Below, piece after piece: positions 20,531 to 30,902 of a stretch of DNA of 64,000 bases (its first letter is position 1; each line of letters opens with the position of its first letter). Origin of the DNA: a bacterium HR30. GTDB lineage: Bacteria > Desulfobacterota > Binatia > HRBIN30. Both the position numbers and the translations under genes were made by a program. The stretch spans positions 192-64,191 of the forward strand of contig BEIG01000001.1 in the NCBI GenBank assembly GCA_002898795.1. The letters run 5' to 3'. The notes below the pieces were generated by a model. It was not told where the DNA came from. It did no database searches and saw only the letters and a list, made by a program, of their open reading frames with translations.

Positions 20531-20815
20531 CTAACGCCGCTGCTCCATTGCCCGCACAGCCTGACTGCGCTGCTTTTGAACGGCTTCGAACTCTTCCTGG
20601 GCTTTTTTGATTTCCTCAGGGTTTCCGCGCATGCGGGCCGCGAACAGCGCCTTTTGCTTTTGCAGCACGATGTCGTCGAGCGAGCGAAGGGTTTCCTGCG
20701 GGTCCTCCGGTTGCTGGAATACTTGGGACTCCTCTTCAGCCCAAACACCAGTTCCGAGGCTCAACGCAACGCCCAAAACTCCCCAAAGCAAAATTCCTCG
20801 GAGCCGGTGCCTCAT
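20531..20815 (-). CDS. Small secreted protein (94 aa) at the end of the minor-pilin operon
   Basis: Signal peptide MRHRLRGILLWGVLGVALSLGTGVWA followed by a charged helical region. Confidence 0.5.
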   Translation of the reverse strand: MRHRLRGILLWGVLGVALSLGTGVWAEEESQVFQQPEDPQETLRSLDDIVLQKQKALFAARMRGNPEEIKKAQEEFEAVQKQRSQAVRAMEQRR

Positions 20816-20816
20816 C

Positions 20817-21986
20817 TTACATCACCTCTTGCCACGACGTGATCATCATTGCCTTTGGCATATACCCGCCTCCGCTCGGTGGTACGATAAGGTTCAAACA
20901 TGACTCACAAAAGTCGATAATGGCGCTGCCACCCACTCGGATGACCATGTGGGCTGTCCAGAGTGACCCCATCACCGTAGCGTTACCGAGCACAGCGGTT
21001 TGGTCGTCGGAGCTAGGCCCACTAATCACCGTGCTTCCGCGTACGATGATCCACCCGACGAAGTTCAGATTTCCATTGATGGTGAGCGAGCCGTCGACAA
21101 TGAGAATGCCGGCACCCGAAGCGTTGCCGTTAGCGTGAATGGTGACGTCCGAAGCCGTCAGGTGCGTAATTTGTGGACTCTGCAGCGTCCCAAACGTGAC
21201 GTTTCCATTGATTCGGCTCGTGTTATTCCGTACCACTCGCGGATCGGCCAGAATCGAGTTTACGACGCGGTTTAGGTCGGACCAGTCTGGTCCCCCGCTT
21301 GTCACCACACTCGGGTTCAAGGGACTAAGGGAAAACTCGGAACCGCGCACATTATCCTTTTGCTGGGCATTCAGGGCAGATTTGACTGCATTCGTTACAT
21401 TGTCATTGCGTGTGGCAACTCCCGGCGCCACGGTGCCGGCAACCAAGTTCCCGTACGGGTCGTGGTTGTTGCCGTCGATATCAAACGCATTTCCCGAGAA
21501 GCTCGGGGTCACGCTGTCGGCGGCCAGATAAATCGCCCCGATTCCGCGACCAATGGGGCCGCGTTTTACGCCAATACGGACAATCCGACGTGCACTGTAC
21601 GGAGCCCACCCTGTAGCCGTGATCCATCCCCGATCTGCCGGATTCGTGGGGTCGGCTTCCACGGTCGCAGTAAACGTAAACTGTGGGTAACCAACGAGGG
21701 ATTGTAGGCTTGGCGAGAACAACGTGTTCCAGCGTGTAACGACGTCGTTGGCAAAATGGGTCACGCCCGACTGATTCATGACGTTCACGGCACGCAACGC
21801 TCCCGCCTCGGCAGCAAACAGGGCCTGGTTACCAGTTTGGAAGTGGTTCATGGAGCGGAACTCGAGGCCGGCATAGAGTGCGGCTGCGGCACCCATGGTG
21901 ACGAGCAGCAACAAGAGCATGAGGGTGCTCGGCAACGCGAAGCCGGTTTCCTTTTTATTTTGGTTCCCGAAGCAGTTCACGTGCAT
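20817..21986 (-). CDS. Type IV pilus minor component, PilX-like
   Basis: N-terminus KETGFALPSTLMLLLLLVTMGAAAALYAGLEF resembles PilX_N. ATG at 21984-21986. The long upstream extension in the ORF track was rejected. Confidence 0.7.
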   Translation of the reverse strand: MHVNCFGNQNKKETGFALPSTLMLLLLLVTMGAAAALYAGLEFRSMNHFQTGNQALFAAEAGALRAVNVMNQSGVTHFANDVVTRWNTLFSPSLQSLVGYPQFTFTATVEADPTNPADRGWITATGWAPYSARRIVRIGVKRGPIGRGIGAIYLAADSVTPSFSGNAFDIDGNNHDPYGNLVAGTVAPGVATRNDNVTNAVKSALNAQQKDNVRGSEFSLSPLNPSVVTSGGPDWSDLNRVVNSILADPRVVRNNTSRINGNVTFGTLQSPQITHLTASDVTIHANGNASGAGILIVDGSLTINGNLNFVGWIIVRGSTVISGPSSDDQTAVLGNATVMGSLWTAHMVIRVGGSAIIDFCESCLNLIVPPSGGGYMPKAMMITSWQEVM

Positions 21987-22642
21987 CCCACTTTGTTTAC
22001 GAAAAAGCGGTTCCTCAAATCGGTGCTCGACGATGCAGTAGCCGTCAGGGACAGCGAGTTTTGGGGATCGACCGACCTGCGCTGGACGTTGACCACAACC
22101 TGTACTCGCCGCACTTGCGCACGCTGGGTCGCGGTCAAGCCGTTTGTGCCCGGATTCAGTTCCGCGCCGGAGACGTCGAAGTACCGGAACTGCAAACCAG
22201 TCACACGGACCGTGGCGTCGGAAAGTGCCTCGGTGGTCCCACCAGCAGTTCGCCAAAGGATCCCGGAAGGATCGAGGCTGTACGTGACATCCTCACCGGG
22301 TAAGTCAATGGCACCGCTCCCATCGAGGTCACTCATCAATCGGAGCCGGTCCCGCTTGGCCTCAGCAATTCCATCGAAGGTTTTCGCGCAACGGGGATCG
22401 GCACCGGCACGCCGAATTTCCGCAACGACCAATTGCGCAATATTCCGGGCGGTGGTTTGCACATCGAGCTGCGCAGTTTGGCCACGCAAGCCAAACAGTT
22501 GCACCCGATACAAGCCCAGCACTGCGGCAATTGTGGTGAGGCCCAACACCGTTGCGACTAACGTGTCCGCAAGGGAATACCCCCCCTGACTACGCAACAG
22601 GAGCAGCTTCTTGCCGACTAACTGCAGGTGGCGGTGGTGCAT
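21977..22642 (-). CDS. Type IV minor pilin, PilW-like
   Basis: Leader MHHRHLQLVGKKLLLLRSQGG followed by YSLADTLVATVLGL (G-1, Asp at +5). The start at 22640-22642 overlaps the PilV-like gene end. Confidence 0.65.
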   Translation of the reverse strand: MHHRHLQLVGKKLLLLRSQGGYSLADTLVATVLGLTTIAAVLGLYRVQLFGLRGQTAQLDVQTTARNIAQLVVAEIRRAGADPRCAKTFDGIAEAKRDRLRLMSDLDGSGAIDLPGEDVTYSLDPSGILWRTAGGTTEALSDATVRVTGLQFRYFDVSGAELNPGTNGLTATQRAQVRRVQVVVNVQRRSVDPQNSLSLTATASSSTDLRNRFFVNKVGCT

Positions 22643-23037
22643 AGGTAGGTGACCCCCGTGGCGGTGAATCGTGCTGGTCCGGAAAAATCCACACGCACCT
22701 CGACACGGGACAAACCCAGCGCCGGGGTGTTTGGCGTAACTGTCCACGACCGCACAAACTTCCCACCACTAATCCCGCTCGCCGTGATCGGGTTGTTCGG
22801 ATCGTTATACGTTCCCCCTTGGAGCTGCCATGGTTTTGTGGCTGGGTCTAACGCTCGCAATTGCTCCACCAGGTCTTCCACCAGCCCATTTGCTGCCGTC
22901 GCTAATTTACTCCTGGTCGTTTGCCGCGTAACGGTCATGGTGGTCGCAGCCAGACCTGCAGCGGTAATGGCAAACAGCGACAGCGCCACCAGCACCTCCA
23001 TCGTGCTAATGCCGCGCGAGTTCTTGAGCATGGTCAT
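22618..23037 (-). CDS. Type IV minor pilin, PilV-like
   Basis: MTMLKNSRG followed by ISTMEVLVALSLFAI (G-1, Glu+5 prepilin N-terminus). ATGA overlap with the upstream gene. Confidence 0.7.
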   Translation of the reverse strand: MTMLKNSRGISTMEVLVALSLFAITAAGLAATTMTVTRQTTRSKLATAANGLVEDLVEQLRALDPATKPWQLQGGTYNDPNNPITASGISGGKFVRSWTVTPNTPALGLSRVEVRVDFSGPARFTATGVTYLCTTATCS

Positions 23038-23534
23038 TGTACCGTCACCCTGCCGATGGAATTCATGGTCACCACGCGCCACTGATAGGATTGGTTGTAG
23101 AGCCACAGTGTGAGCGGCGCACTCGCCAGCCCCTGGCGGTTAAATTGGACCTCCTGCGGAAAAGCATAGAAGTTGACCCCGGCAGCAATCGAACTGGGTG
23201 GGCCAACACTCGTAAAGGTGACACCGTCGGTACTCGTGCTCACCTGATACGTGGAACCAAAACCAATCGAACCAAAGCTTTGCGCACCAAACCGCACGCG
23301 TACGTGCACATTTTCCCCAATTGCCTTCATGCGAGCACGGGCAACATCCACGGCAATTTGATTCGCTCCGCCACTCAGCCGGTACTGCTGCGCATAGGAA
23401 CTCAGCCTCGGGACGCCAATCGCCGCGACGACGGAGGCAACGGCCAGTGCAGTCAAGAGCTCGATCAGCGAGTAACCCCGGCCCGCGTTCAAATGCCCCA
23501 AGCTTAGAGGATGCTTTCGCCAGAGGTCCCACAT
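23034..23534 (-). CDS. GspH/FimT-like type IV minor pilin
   Basis: NAGRG followed by YSLIELLTALAVASVVAAIG, a classic prepilin methylation motif. ATG at 23532-23534. Confidence 0.7.
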   Translation of the reverse strand: MWDLWRKHPLSLGHLNAGRGYSLIELLTALAVASVVAAIGVPRLSSYAQQYRLSGGANQIAVDVARARMKAIGENVHVRVRFGAQSFGSIGFGSTYQVSTSTDGVTFTSVGPPSSIAAGVNFYAFPQEVQFNRQGLASAPLTLWLYNQSYQWRVVTMNSIGRVTVQ

Positions 23535-23798
23535 GGCACCCCAGTGGAAAGCAACACCCACGCCACATTGCCCCCCGAAGATGCCTCTGCGAAGGAAGGC
23601 CTCATTCGGCTGTTGTTGTGTCAACAGCGTCTACCCTGCGGCACAAAGGTAACTCAGTGGCCGTACAGGCAGTCCACGGTCGTCGGTTACCATGTGTTCC
23701 CGGCGTTTTTAACGGTTCTGCGCTACGCGCACTTGGGCAGGAGCTTTCTAAAGCAAAACGCAAAGCTTAACGATGTTCGCGTGGCGCGCACCCCGCGG

Positions 23799-24347
23799 TC
23801 ACTCCTCGATGACCGATGATCCAGCTTGATAGCGCAGGAACTCCCGCAGGAAGGACAGCGACTCCAACGAACGCATGCGGTCGAGATAGACTTTGCCAAA
23901 CAAGTGGTCGGTTTCGTGTTGGATGACGCGAGCGTGGAACCCAGTAGCCGTGAATTCGAACGCCTTGCCGTGACGATCGATGGCTTCCACCCGAATGCGA
24001 ACGAAACGTGGAACCTTACCGCGCAAGTCGGGAACGCTTAAACATCCCTCCCAATCTTCCTCTTGCTCTTCCCCGAGCGGGGTGATGCGCGGATTGATCA
24101 GCACCGTGAGGGGGATGGAAGGGGCTTCGGGGTACCGTGGGTTCGATTCCACCGCGTAGACGGCGATTTGCTTGCTCACGTGGACCTGTGGGGCAGCCAA
24201 GCCAGCGCCGTCGTATTCGATCATCGTTTCGATCATGTCGTCAATCAGCCTTTGGGTCTCCGGACGACGCACCTCCGAAGGAGCCACCGTGGCCGCGACC
24301 TGACGCAAAATGGGATGTCCCAACCGGGCAACCTTGAGTATGGCCAT
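23799..24347 (-). CDS. def: Peptide deformylase
   Basis: GCLSVPD, EGCLS and HETDHL metal-ligand motifs. ATG at 24345-24347. Confidence 0.9.
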   Translation of the reverse strand: MAILKVARLGHPILRQVAATVAPSEVRRPETQRLIDDMIETMIEYDGAGLAAPQVHVSKQIAVYAVESNPRYPEAPSIPLTVLINPRITPLGEEQEEDWEGCLSVPDLRGKVPRFVRIRVEAIDRHGKAFEFTATGFHARVIQHETDHLFGKVYLDRMRSLESLSFLREFLRYQAGSSVIEE

Positions 24348-24626
24348 GATAACCGCATATCGCAGCTCAAAGCTCTCTTCTAGCGGCGACGGAGCAAACC
24401 CCTCGTGCCCAATGACAACCGAACCAACAAAACGATTTTCGCCCCTCCTGCTGCAGGTCCAAGCGCTCGCAAGCACCACCTGAAGGCGTAGCAAAGCCTT
24501 CTCGACTTCAGGCAAAAGGTCTCACCAGCGCCTTGGGTACCGAGGAGACATGCTTCCCTTGACTGCCGCACACCCATACCACGCGTAGGATTGCGGTTTG
24601 GCGTGCTTGCGGGTAAGCGGCGCAGC

Positions 24627-26405
24627 ATGAACTGGCGCTTGCTTTGGGAGGACCTGCGCGAGCTTCCAGTTCTGTTTCGGCTGGGCCGAGCTTTGCAACG
24701 CTGTGGCCCAGAGGGTCGGGAAACACTGGGGGTGCTTGCGCGGGAGCAAGCGGAGCGCTTCGGCGATCGCATTTTCCTGCGGTTCGAGCGAGAGACGGTC
24801 ACGTTTGCCGAGTACAACCAGGAGGTAAACCGCTGGGCTTGGCTGTTGCGCCAGGCTGGCGTCTCTCCCGCGGAGCCGGTCGCGATTCTCATGGAAAACA
24901 GCCCGGCATTTTTGTTTGCCGAAGGGGCCGTGGCCAAGTGCGGAGCTATCGGCGCGCTGCTCAACACCCACTTGCGAGCCGAGCCGCTGGCCCACGTCTT
25001 ACGGATTTCCGGGGCTCGGCACGTACTGGTGGACCAAGCATGTCTTCCCGCACTGGTGGAACTCCCGGAGGCTGCCCAGTACACCATCTGGGCCTTGGGC
25101 GACCCAGCCGAGCTTCCGCCCCACGTGGAACCACTGGAAAGTGCCCTGGCGGCCGCAGAAACCCGCGAGCCCCCACTGCCCGACGTTCGGGGCAAACACG
25201 TCTTTCTGTACATTTACACCTCGGGAACGACCGGCTTCCCCAAAGCTGCGATCGTGCGCCACGCGCGCTTTATGATGGGAGGGCTCGGGCTATCGGCCCT
25301 TCTTGGCATTGGCCGCGAGGACGTCGTGTATGCGCCGCTCCCGCTTTACCACGGCGAAAGCAATTTCGTCGGTTTCGCTGTGGCGTTGCGGGCGGGCGCT
25401 GGTTTCGCCTCGCGTCGTCGCTTCAGTGCCAGCGCCTTTCTCGACGACGTGCGGCGCCACGGTGCCACAGCCTTCGTGTACGTGGGAGAACTCTGCCGCT
25501 ACCTTTTGCGCCAGCCCCCTCGCGCAGAGGATCGCCAGCACCGACTGCGGCTTGCCGTGGGCGCGGGTTTGCGACCCGACATTTGGGAAGCCTTTCAACA
25601 GCGCTTCGGCATCGCACGCATCGTCGAGATGTACGGTGCCACCGAAGGCAACATTGCACTGATCAACTTGCGCGGGCGCGTCGGCTCCGTGGGCCGAGCC
25701 CATCCGTTTCAGCATCATCGTTACAAGCTCGCACGTTACGACGTGGAACGCGGAGAGTTGGTTCGGGGCGCCGACGGATTTCTTGTCGAATGCGACGTCG
25801 GGGAGCCCGGAGAGTTGCTGGGTCGCATCACACGCTCGGGACCCATGCCTTACGACGGGTACACCGATCGTGATGCGAGTGAACGCAAGGTGGTGCGGGA
25901 TGCCTTCGAGCGCGGGGACGCCTACTTCCGAAGCGGCGATTTGCTGCGGCGCGACGCGGACTATTACTACTACTTCGTCGACCGCATTGGCGACACGTTC
26001 CGGTGGAAAGGGGAGAATGTTTCCACGCAAGAGGTTGCCTTGATTCTCAACCGTGCGCCCGGTGTCAGTGAAACGAATGTCTACGGCGTGACGGTTCCGG
26101 GACACGATGGCCGTGCGGGAATGGCAGCCGTGGTCCTTTTTCCCGGGGCTTCATTCGACGGCCGCCGCTTTTACGAAACCGCAGAAGAATTGCCAAGTTA
26201 CGCCCGGCCTCTCTTCGTGCGGCTGGTGCCGGAGATGGACGTCACCGGCACCTTGAAGCAACGCAAGCTCGAACTTCAGCGCCAAGGCTTCGATCCGAGT
26301 CAGATTACCGATCCCCTCTACATTCGCGACGACAACCTGCGCACATACGTTCCCCTCACGGCCGACGTTTACGAGGCCATCCTCCGCGGCGAGCGCAAGC
26401 TTTGA
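24627..26405 (+). CDS. Very-long-chain acyl-CoA synthetase / FATP-family adenylate-forming enzyme
   Basis: YTSGTTGFPKAA AMP-binding motif and FATP-like YRSGDLL...YFVDRIGDTFRWKGENVST. Confidence 0.85.
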   Translation: MNWRLLWEDLRELPVLFRLGRALQRCGPEGRETLGVLAREQAERFGDRIFLRFERETVTFAEYNQEVNRWAWLLRQAGVSPAEPVAILMENSPAFLFAEGAVAKCGAIGALLNTHLRAEPLAHVLRISGARHVLVDQACLPALVELPEAAQYTIWALGDPAELPPHVEPLESALAAAETREPPLPDVRGKHVFLYIYTSGTTGFPKAAIVRHARFMMGGLGLSALLGIGREDVVYAPLPLYHGESNFVGFAVALRAGAGFASRRRFSASAFLDDVRRHGATAFVYVGELCRYLLRQPPRAEDRQHRLRLAVGAGLRPDIWEAFQQRFGIARIVEMYGATEGNIALINLRGRVGSVGRAHPFQHHRYKLARYDVERGELVRGADGFLVECDVGEPGELLGRITRSGPMPYDGYTDRDASERKVVRDAFERGDAYFRSGDLLRRDADYYYYFVDRIGDTFRWKGENVSTQEVALILNRAPGVSETNVYGVTVPGHDGRAGMAAVVLFPGASFDGRRFYETAEELPSYARPLFVRLVPEMDVTGTLKQRKLELQRQGFDPSQITDPLYIRDDNLRTYVPLTADVYEAILRGERKL

Positions 26406-26776
26406 GCGGCACAACTTCTTCTGCAACTTCAAACGCACGGCAAACCCAAACAGGCGGAAGCTGATGTCGCAGCCGGTTACGACGCGACTGCTCGCGATTT
26501 CCCCTCTCCTCGATTGGTTTCCCGGTGCGACCCACGAAGGACACCGGCCCCAATCGCGGAGAATGGCGCCCGTTCAACCACGTGGAGCCGCGCCCCAATC
26601 GAGCGGGCTGCCTAAAGAATCTTCGAGAAACGCGAGCGCCATGCCTCCTTTCCAGCCTTGGCACCTTCCCCGCCACTCGACTCTCCGAAAAAACTTGCCC
26701 CCCACAACGAAACCACTGCCGGAGGTCAGGTCCGTCGTGGCAATTCGCCGGAATGCGCGCTCACGCGAGCAGGCGA

Positions 26777-27481
26777 TCAGAGGTTTCTCAAACGGCCCTT
26801 GCCCACGTTTGCGGCTAGGCTTGCCGTGGCGACCTTTGCAACTCGGCTCATGTTGCCACTCCGCGCAATCTTTGCTTTCCACCAAATCTCATTTGCTTTC
26901 ACCGAGTAAAGCGCCACCTGAACGCTATACACCGGCACGCGGACCATCCTGGGCTGACCGGTTAACAAGTCAACCTGCTGCTCCAGCTGACTGTCTATGC
27001 GGTAGGAGCCGATCAAAAATGCATCGAGGCCGTGCTTGGCTTGGAGCGCACGGAGAAATTGAATCGTGGATGGGGTCAACATCAACAAGCCCTGTAGTGA
27101 GCTATTGTGGTCTGCTTGGAGCTGTTTGTACCCCTGCCCCAAACCTGATTGGTTGATGTAGTCTAACAGCTCCCGGTGGGTATGAATTCGCCACGCGCCT
27201 CCCTGACGGTTCTGGAGCTCAGCTCCAAAGCCATTGTTTAGCAAGTCTGCCAACTGGTCGTTCTCGTCGCCGAGCGGGAAGAACGGGAATACTCCCACGC
27301 TACGAATGTCCTCAAATTTCATATTCGGCGAGACAAAAGCTTCGTCTGGAGCTTCAGTGCCCGTTTCATGTGGTTGCGCAACGGAAAGTAACTCCACACA
27401 ACCGCTCACAACTAAAGCCGCTAGGGCAATAGCCACCAGCGTATCTCGCTGCCGTACGAGTAAGCTCACACACTTCTTCAT
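26777..27481 (-). CDS. Hypothetical lipoprotein
   Basis: MKKCVSLLVRQRDTLVAIALAALVVSGC lipobox. ATG at 27479-27481. The upstream extension was rejected. Confidence 0.55.
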   Translation of the reverse strand: MKKCVSLLVRQRDTLVAIALAALVVSGCVELLSVAQPHETGTEAPDEAFVSPNMKFEDIRSVGVFPFFPLGDENDQLADLLNNGFGAELQNRQGGAWRIHTHRELLDYINQSGLGQGYKQLQADHNSSLQGLLMLTPSTIQFLRALQAKHGLDAFLIGSYRIDSQLEQQVDLLTGQPRMVRVPVYSVQVALYSVKANEIWWKAKIARSGNMSRVAKVATASLAANVGKGRLRNL

Positions 27482-28363
27482 CGTGCCCCTCCCGTGTATT
27501 GTTCTCTCTAACCCGACCCAGTGCAGTACCCTGCTGGCCTGACCACTTTCGGCTAACAGACGGTCCGCGGGGTCTGCCGATTTCTGAGCAGTACCACCAA
27601 GTACCCACTTACAGTGCCAACCAGCTTGACCATGAGTTGGAACCGTCGACCCCGCTACCGTCAAACGCTGCGGCAGCTCATACATGCTCAACTTCGCTGT
27701 GTCAACATGTGGACGGACCGCACAACGGTAAAGTTGTGGCATCCAGATTCTATAGTGGTGGGGAAAACACGCTGACAAGTTTTGCGGCTAACATCTTCAG
27801 CAGCTGAGGAGGTGCTGGCGTTCGTGAGTGTGTCCTCAGAGCATCTGCGATCACTACTGTGCTTCATGTTAGTCAGCAGCGTGGTACGTTTACACTGAGC
27901 AGCCACCGCCTAGCATTTAGGCACACGCAGCGGCGGCCGTGTCGCCCCGCGCGTTCGCTCGGCACCGGACGCTGACGTTATGGAACTGCCCCATGCCCCT
28001 GGGGCAACCGAAACTTTATTCGGCGTCACCCAGTAGTGCCGCTGACCGCGACGGCCGTTTCCGCTCCCATGCGGAATGTCTGTGGTTGCCAGCACATTTC
28101 ACACTCGCTGCTTCTCCGTTCGCAAGAACGCAGCCAGTCCTCGCGACCGCCACGCGCTCGAGCGAGGGCCCCCGGCCTTCAGACACCGGCGCCATCCTCC
28201 GCACTCCATTGGCACGAGCGCGTGTACCGTAGGGTCTGCAACTATGCACTCCGCCTCCGGCGGAAGAAGTTGCGTTGGCCATCGTGGAAAGAAGTCGGCC
28301 AGGTACCGCGCTTCCGCCAGGCACAGGCGGTGGGGTCTAGCTGCGGTTCCTGCTGCTAGTGTG

Positions 28364-30583
28364 TCAGGACGGAGGCTTCTCCACTGGGTGCACCGCACCG
28401 TCGCGGAGAAAAACCAAGATGGTATCCAATGGAACAGGGAATCTTACCCACGCCGGCCCTTCGTAAACTTCGTCCGTGTCCCAAAAATTTCGCCAGCGCC
28501 CGCGGGGGAAGTAGACCACGCGTTCCCGCTGCCCAATGCGCCACACTGGTGCGACCATCAGGTCCGGCCCAAACAGGTACTGATCCCAGCGGTCTTGGAG
28601 TTCGCGATCGCTGGGGTCGAGGAACGGCATGGGTCGCACGAGGGGCAGGCCGCGGCGGGCATCGCGGGCTGCAGCCACGATGTACGGTTGCAGAGCATGA
28701 CGCAGCCGAGTGTAGCGGCGGTAAATGTCGATCATCTCGGTGTCGTACTTTGGTTCTGTGGGCATGTCCCAAGGAGCATGGGAACCTTTTCCCCCAATTT
28801 CCATAATGCCAGAGAAGGCACTGAATTCGATCCAACGCGCAAAGACGTCTCGGTGCTTGAACTGGTAGTAGCCGCCCGTGTCGGAACCCCAAATGGGGAA
28901 ACCCAGAAATGCGGCTCGCTGTTGCGAGATGATCGCACTGCGCATGCCGAGATCGGTCCCAGCCCCTTCACCGAAGTCCTCACTGCCTGCAGTATCGCCG
29001 CCCCAAACGATCGAATCTGCCTGAGTTCCCGTATAACCGGCGCGGGCGATCAGCACGTAATTGCCGTCGGGGCGAACGAGGTCGAGTGCTTCTCGGTGCA
29101 TTCGGGTTTGCAGCACCACGTAGTCGTTGTGCACTTCGCGGCCCGAGCGACCGTCAGCCCAAATGTCGCTGCGTTCGGACGGGATGTGCTCCTCGCCGCG
29201 GTCGAGCTTGATGCCGTCGATACCCTCGTCGCGCAGAAAACGCGCTAGCCGCTCTTGGAACCACTCGCGCGCGGCAGGGTTGGTCACATCGAGGATGAAA
29301 TTGCGGCCCCGGACGTCGTCGCAAAACGGGGCGCCGGTGCGCCGCATCGGGGCAATGAACCCTAACTGCTGTGCTTCGTAACCATTGTCGCCAGGATTAC
29401 TGCCGCACACCCACGCCGCACTCCATGTCACCAGCCGGTACCCACGCCGCCGCAACGCATCGAGCATCGCGCGCGCGTTCGGTAACCGGTCCTCGTCCCA
29501 CGCGAAGCGCGCAAAGCCAAAGTTTCCCTGCAAAACCGGCCGGTCGAGCAAATACACCCCGGAAGGGATCCCTAGTTGCTCGTACATCAAGACATCTTCG
29601 GCTACCGCTGCATTGATGGGTACGCCGTCGAGCTCACCCGGAGGTCCAAGCGGTAATTCGTCGCGCCAACGCCAGTGCAGGAAGGCCCATGCCGGCGCTA
29701 CTAATGGGCGCCCGGTCAGGCGTGTGTACTCGTCGAGAATCGTGGAAAACTCTGGCCCGTAAAACAGGAACATGGTGAGATGTTGGTTTTCTGGCCGGCT
29801 CCCGCTTTCGAACACGAACGACACGGTGTTCGGCTCCGTGGCGGCAAGGTCGTATAGTCCCGGCATCGTACCCGCCACGCTGAGCCCGTACCCGCGCGAA
29901 CTTTGATAAAACGGTGCGTATACCGCGATGGTCGGCCGAACGAACATCTCCACGGTCTCGCCACGGCGGTCGAGAGAGCCCACCTCACGCGGTCGTGCCT
30001 CCTCTTGGGGAACCTCCACAACGCCGGGAAGCAAGGGTGGCGAGTCGCGCAGCCGTTCGGTGAGTCCGTAAATGCGCTCGTCACCCGGGCTTTCCCAACT
30101 TGCTCCGACGGCGGTGGTCTCCGCGCCGCGTGGGGGGACGAAGTCCAACCGCACCGTACGCTCCGTCACGAACGCAACCACGAGCTGCCCCTGCTCCCCC
30201 TCGCCCGTTTCCACGGTGAGGCGAACTCCTGCATGCTCTGCCGTAGCAGCGCCGACAGCGGTAACTTCCGCGGCTCCGTTTCCCCGGCGATAGAACAGAC
30301 CATTGTGTGCTGCGGTTCGCGTGAGCGGATCTCCCTGGTCGCGCGCAGCAAACTCTAGGCGGAAAGGATTTCGCTGCACAATCACCTTCAGCACGGGCGA
30401 TTCCACCGCGATCGTGCTGGGCCCGATGAACACCTGCACGTTCGCCCGCGCAGGGGGTTCGCCATCGTCCCCACAACCGCTGAGCAAGCACCCACCAACC
30501 GCTAACGCTACGAGCCAGCCAACCACGGGGCCATTAGCTTCGTGGAAAGGAAACCCCTGGGCAAGTAGGAACGAACCTCTCAT
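28364..30583 (-). CDS. Glycoside hydrolase family 31 (alpha-glucosidase/alpha-xylosidase-like), probable lipoprotein
   Basis: GIDGIKLDRGEE and IVWGGDTAGS match the GH31 catalytic region. N-terminal ...LVALAVGGCLLSGC. Confidence 0.8.
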   Translation of the reverse strand: MRGSFLLAQGFPFHEANGPVVGWLVALAVGGCLLSGCGDDGEPPARANVQVFIGPSTIAVESPVLKVIVQRNPFRLEFAARDQGDPLTRTAAHNGLFYRRGNGAAEVTAVGAATAEHAGVRLTVETGEGEQGQLVVAFVTERTVRLDFVPPRGAETTAVGASWESPGDERIYGLTERLRDSPPLLPGVVEVPQEEARPREVGSLDRRGETVEMFVRPTIAVYAPFYQSSRGYGLSVAGTMPGLYDLAATEPNTVSFVFESGSRPENQHLTMFLFYGPEFSTILDEYTRLTGRPLVAPAWAFLHWRWRDELPLGPPGELDGVPINAAVAEDVLMYEQLGIPSGVYLLDRPVLQGNFGFARFAWDEDRLPNARAMLDALRRRGYRLVTWSAAWVCGSNPGDNGYEAQQLGFIAPMRRTGAPFCDDVRGRNFILDVTNPAAREWFQERLARFLRDEGIDGIKLDRGEEHIPSERSDIWADGRSGREVHNDYVVLQTRMHREALDLVRPDGNYVLIARAGYTGTQADSIVWGGDTAGSEDFGEGAGTDLGMRSAIISQQRAAFLGFPIWGSDTGGYYQFKHRDVFARWIEFSAFSGIMEIGGKGSHAPWDMPTEPKYDTEMIDIYRRYTRLRHALQPYIVAAARDARRGLPLVRPMPFLDPSDRELQDRWDQYLFGPDLMVAPVWRIGQRERVVYFPRGRWRNFWDTDEVYEGPAWVRFPVPLDTILVFLRDGAVHPVEKPPS

Positions 30584-30902
30584 CTGCGCAAAACCCTCCG
30601 TGCCCGTGGGTGCTCCTGTCTTTCCAATCGATCGTCCCTGCTACGTTGCCGAGCCCCGGCGCGCGGAAAGGAAAGTGCGGTTGACGGAGCCGTTTCGGCG
30701 CTGCCCGCCTTCGCCCGTACGTGCTCTCGACCATTGGACCGACACAGCAAGTGGAACTAGACCGATCGTCGGCCTGCCCACCCGTCGCGTCGAGCACGGA
30801 GTCGCGCACAAATGGACGATCGATTTTTCCCTGCCCTGAATTTCCCCGGTTGCGCAAGAGGAACGGTCACGGTACCCTCGACTGGCGCAAAAGGAGGCTC
30901 TG

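Noticed and set aside
21987-22256. An upstream extension of the PilX-like ORF
   Set aside because: It precedes the recognisable PilX_N hydrophobic segment and overlaps the PilW-like gene.
24139-24150. A tRNA T-loop-like string GGGTTCGATTCC
   Set aside because: It lies inside the well-conserved def coding region (RITPLGEEQEEDWEGCLSVPD). No acceptor, D or anticodon arms can be formed around it.
27567-27655. A long-range 8-bp inverted repeat GCGGGGTC ... GACCCCGC
   Set aside because: It is too short, and pairing does not extend. It is likely chance in GC-rich DNA.
28076-29248. A 390-aa plus-strand ORF
   Set aside because: It is antisense to the GH31 gene, with Arg/Ala-rich out-of-frame composition and no motifs.
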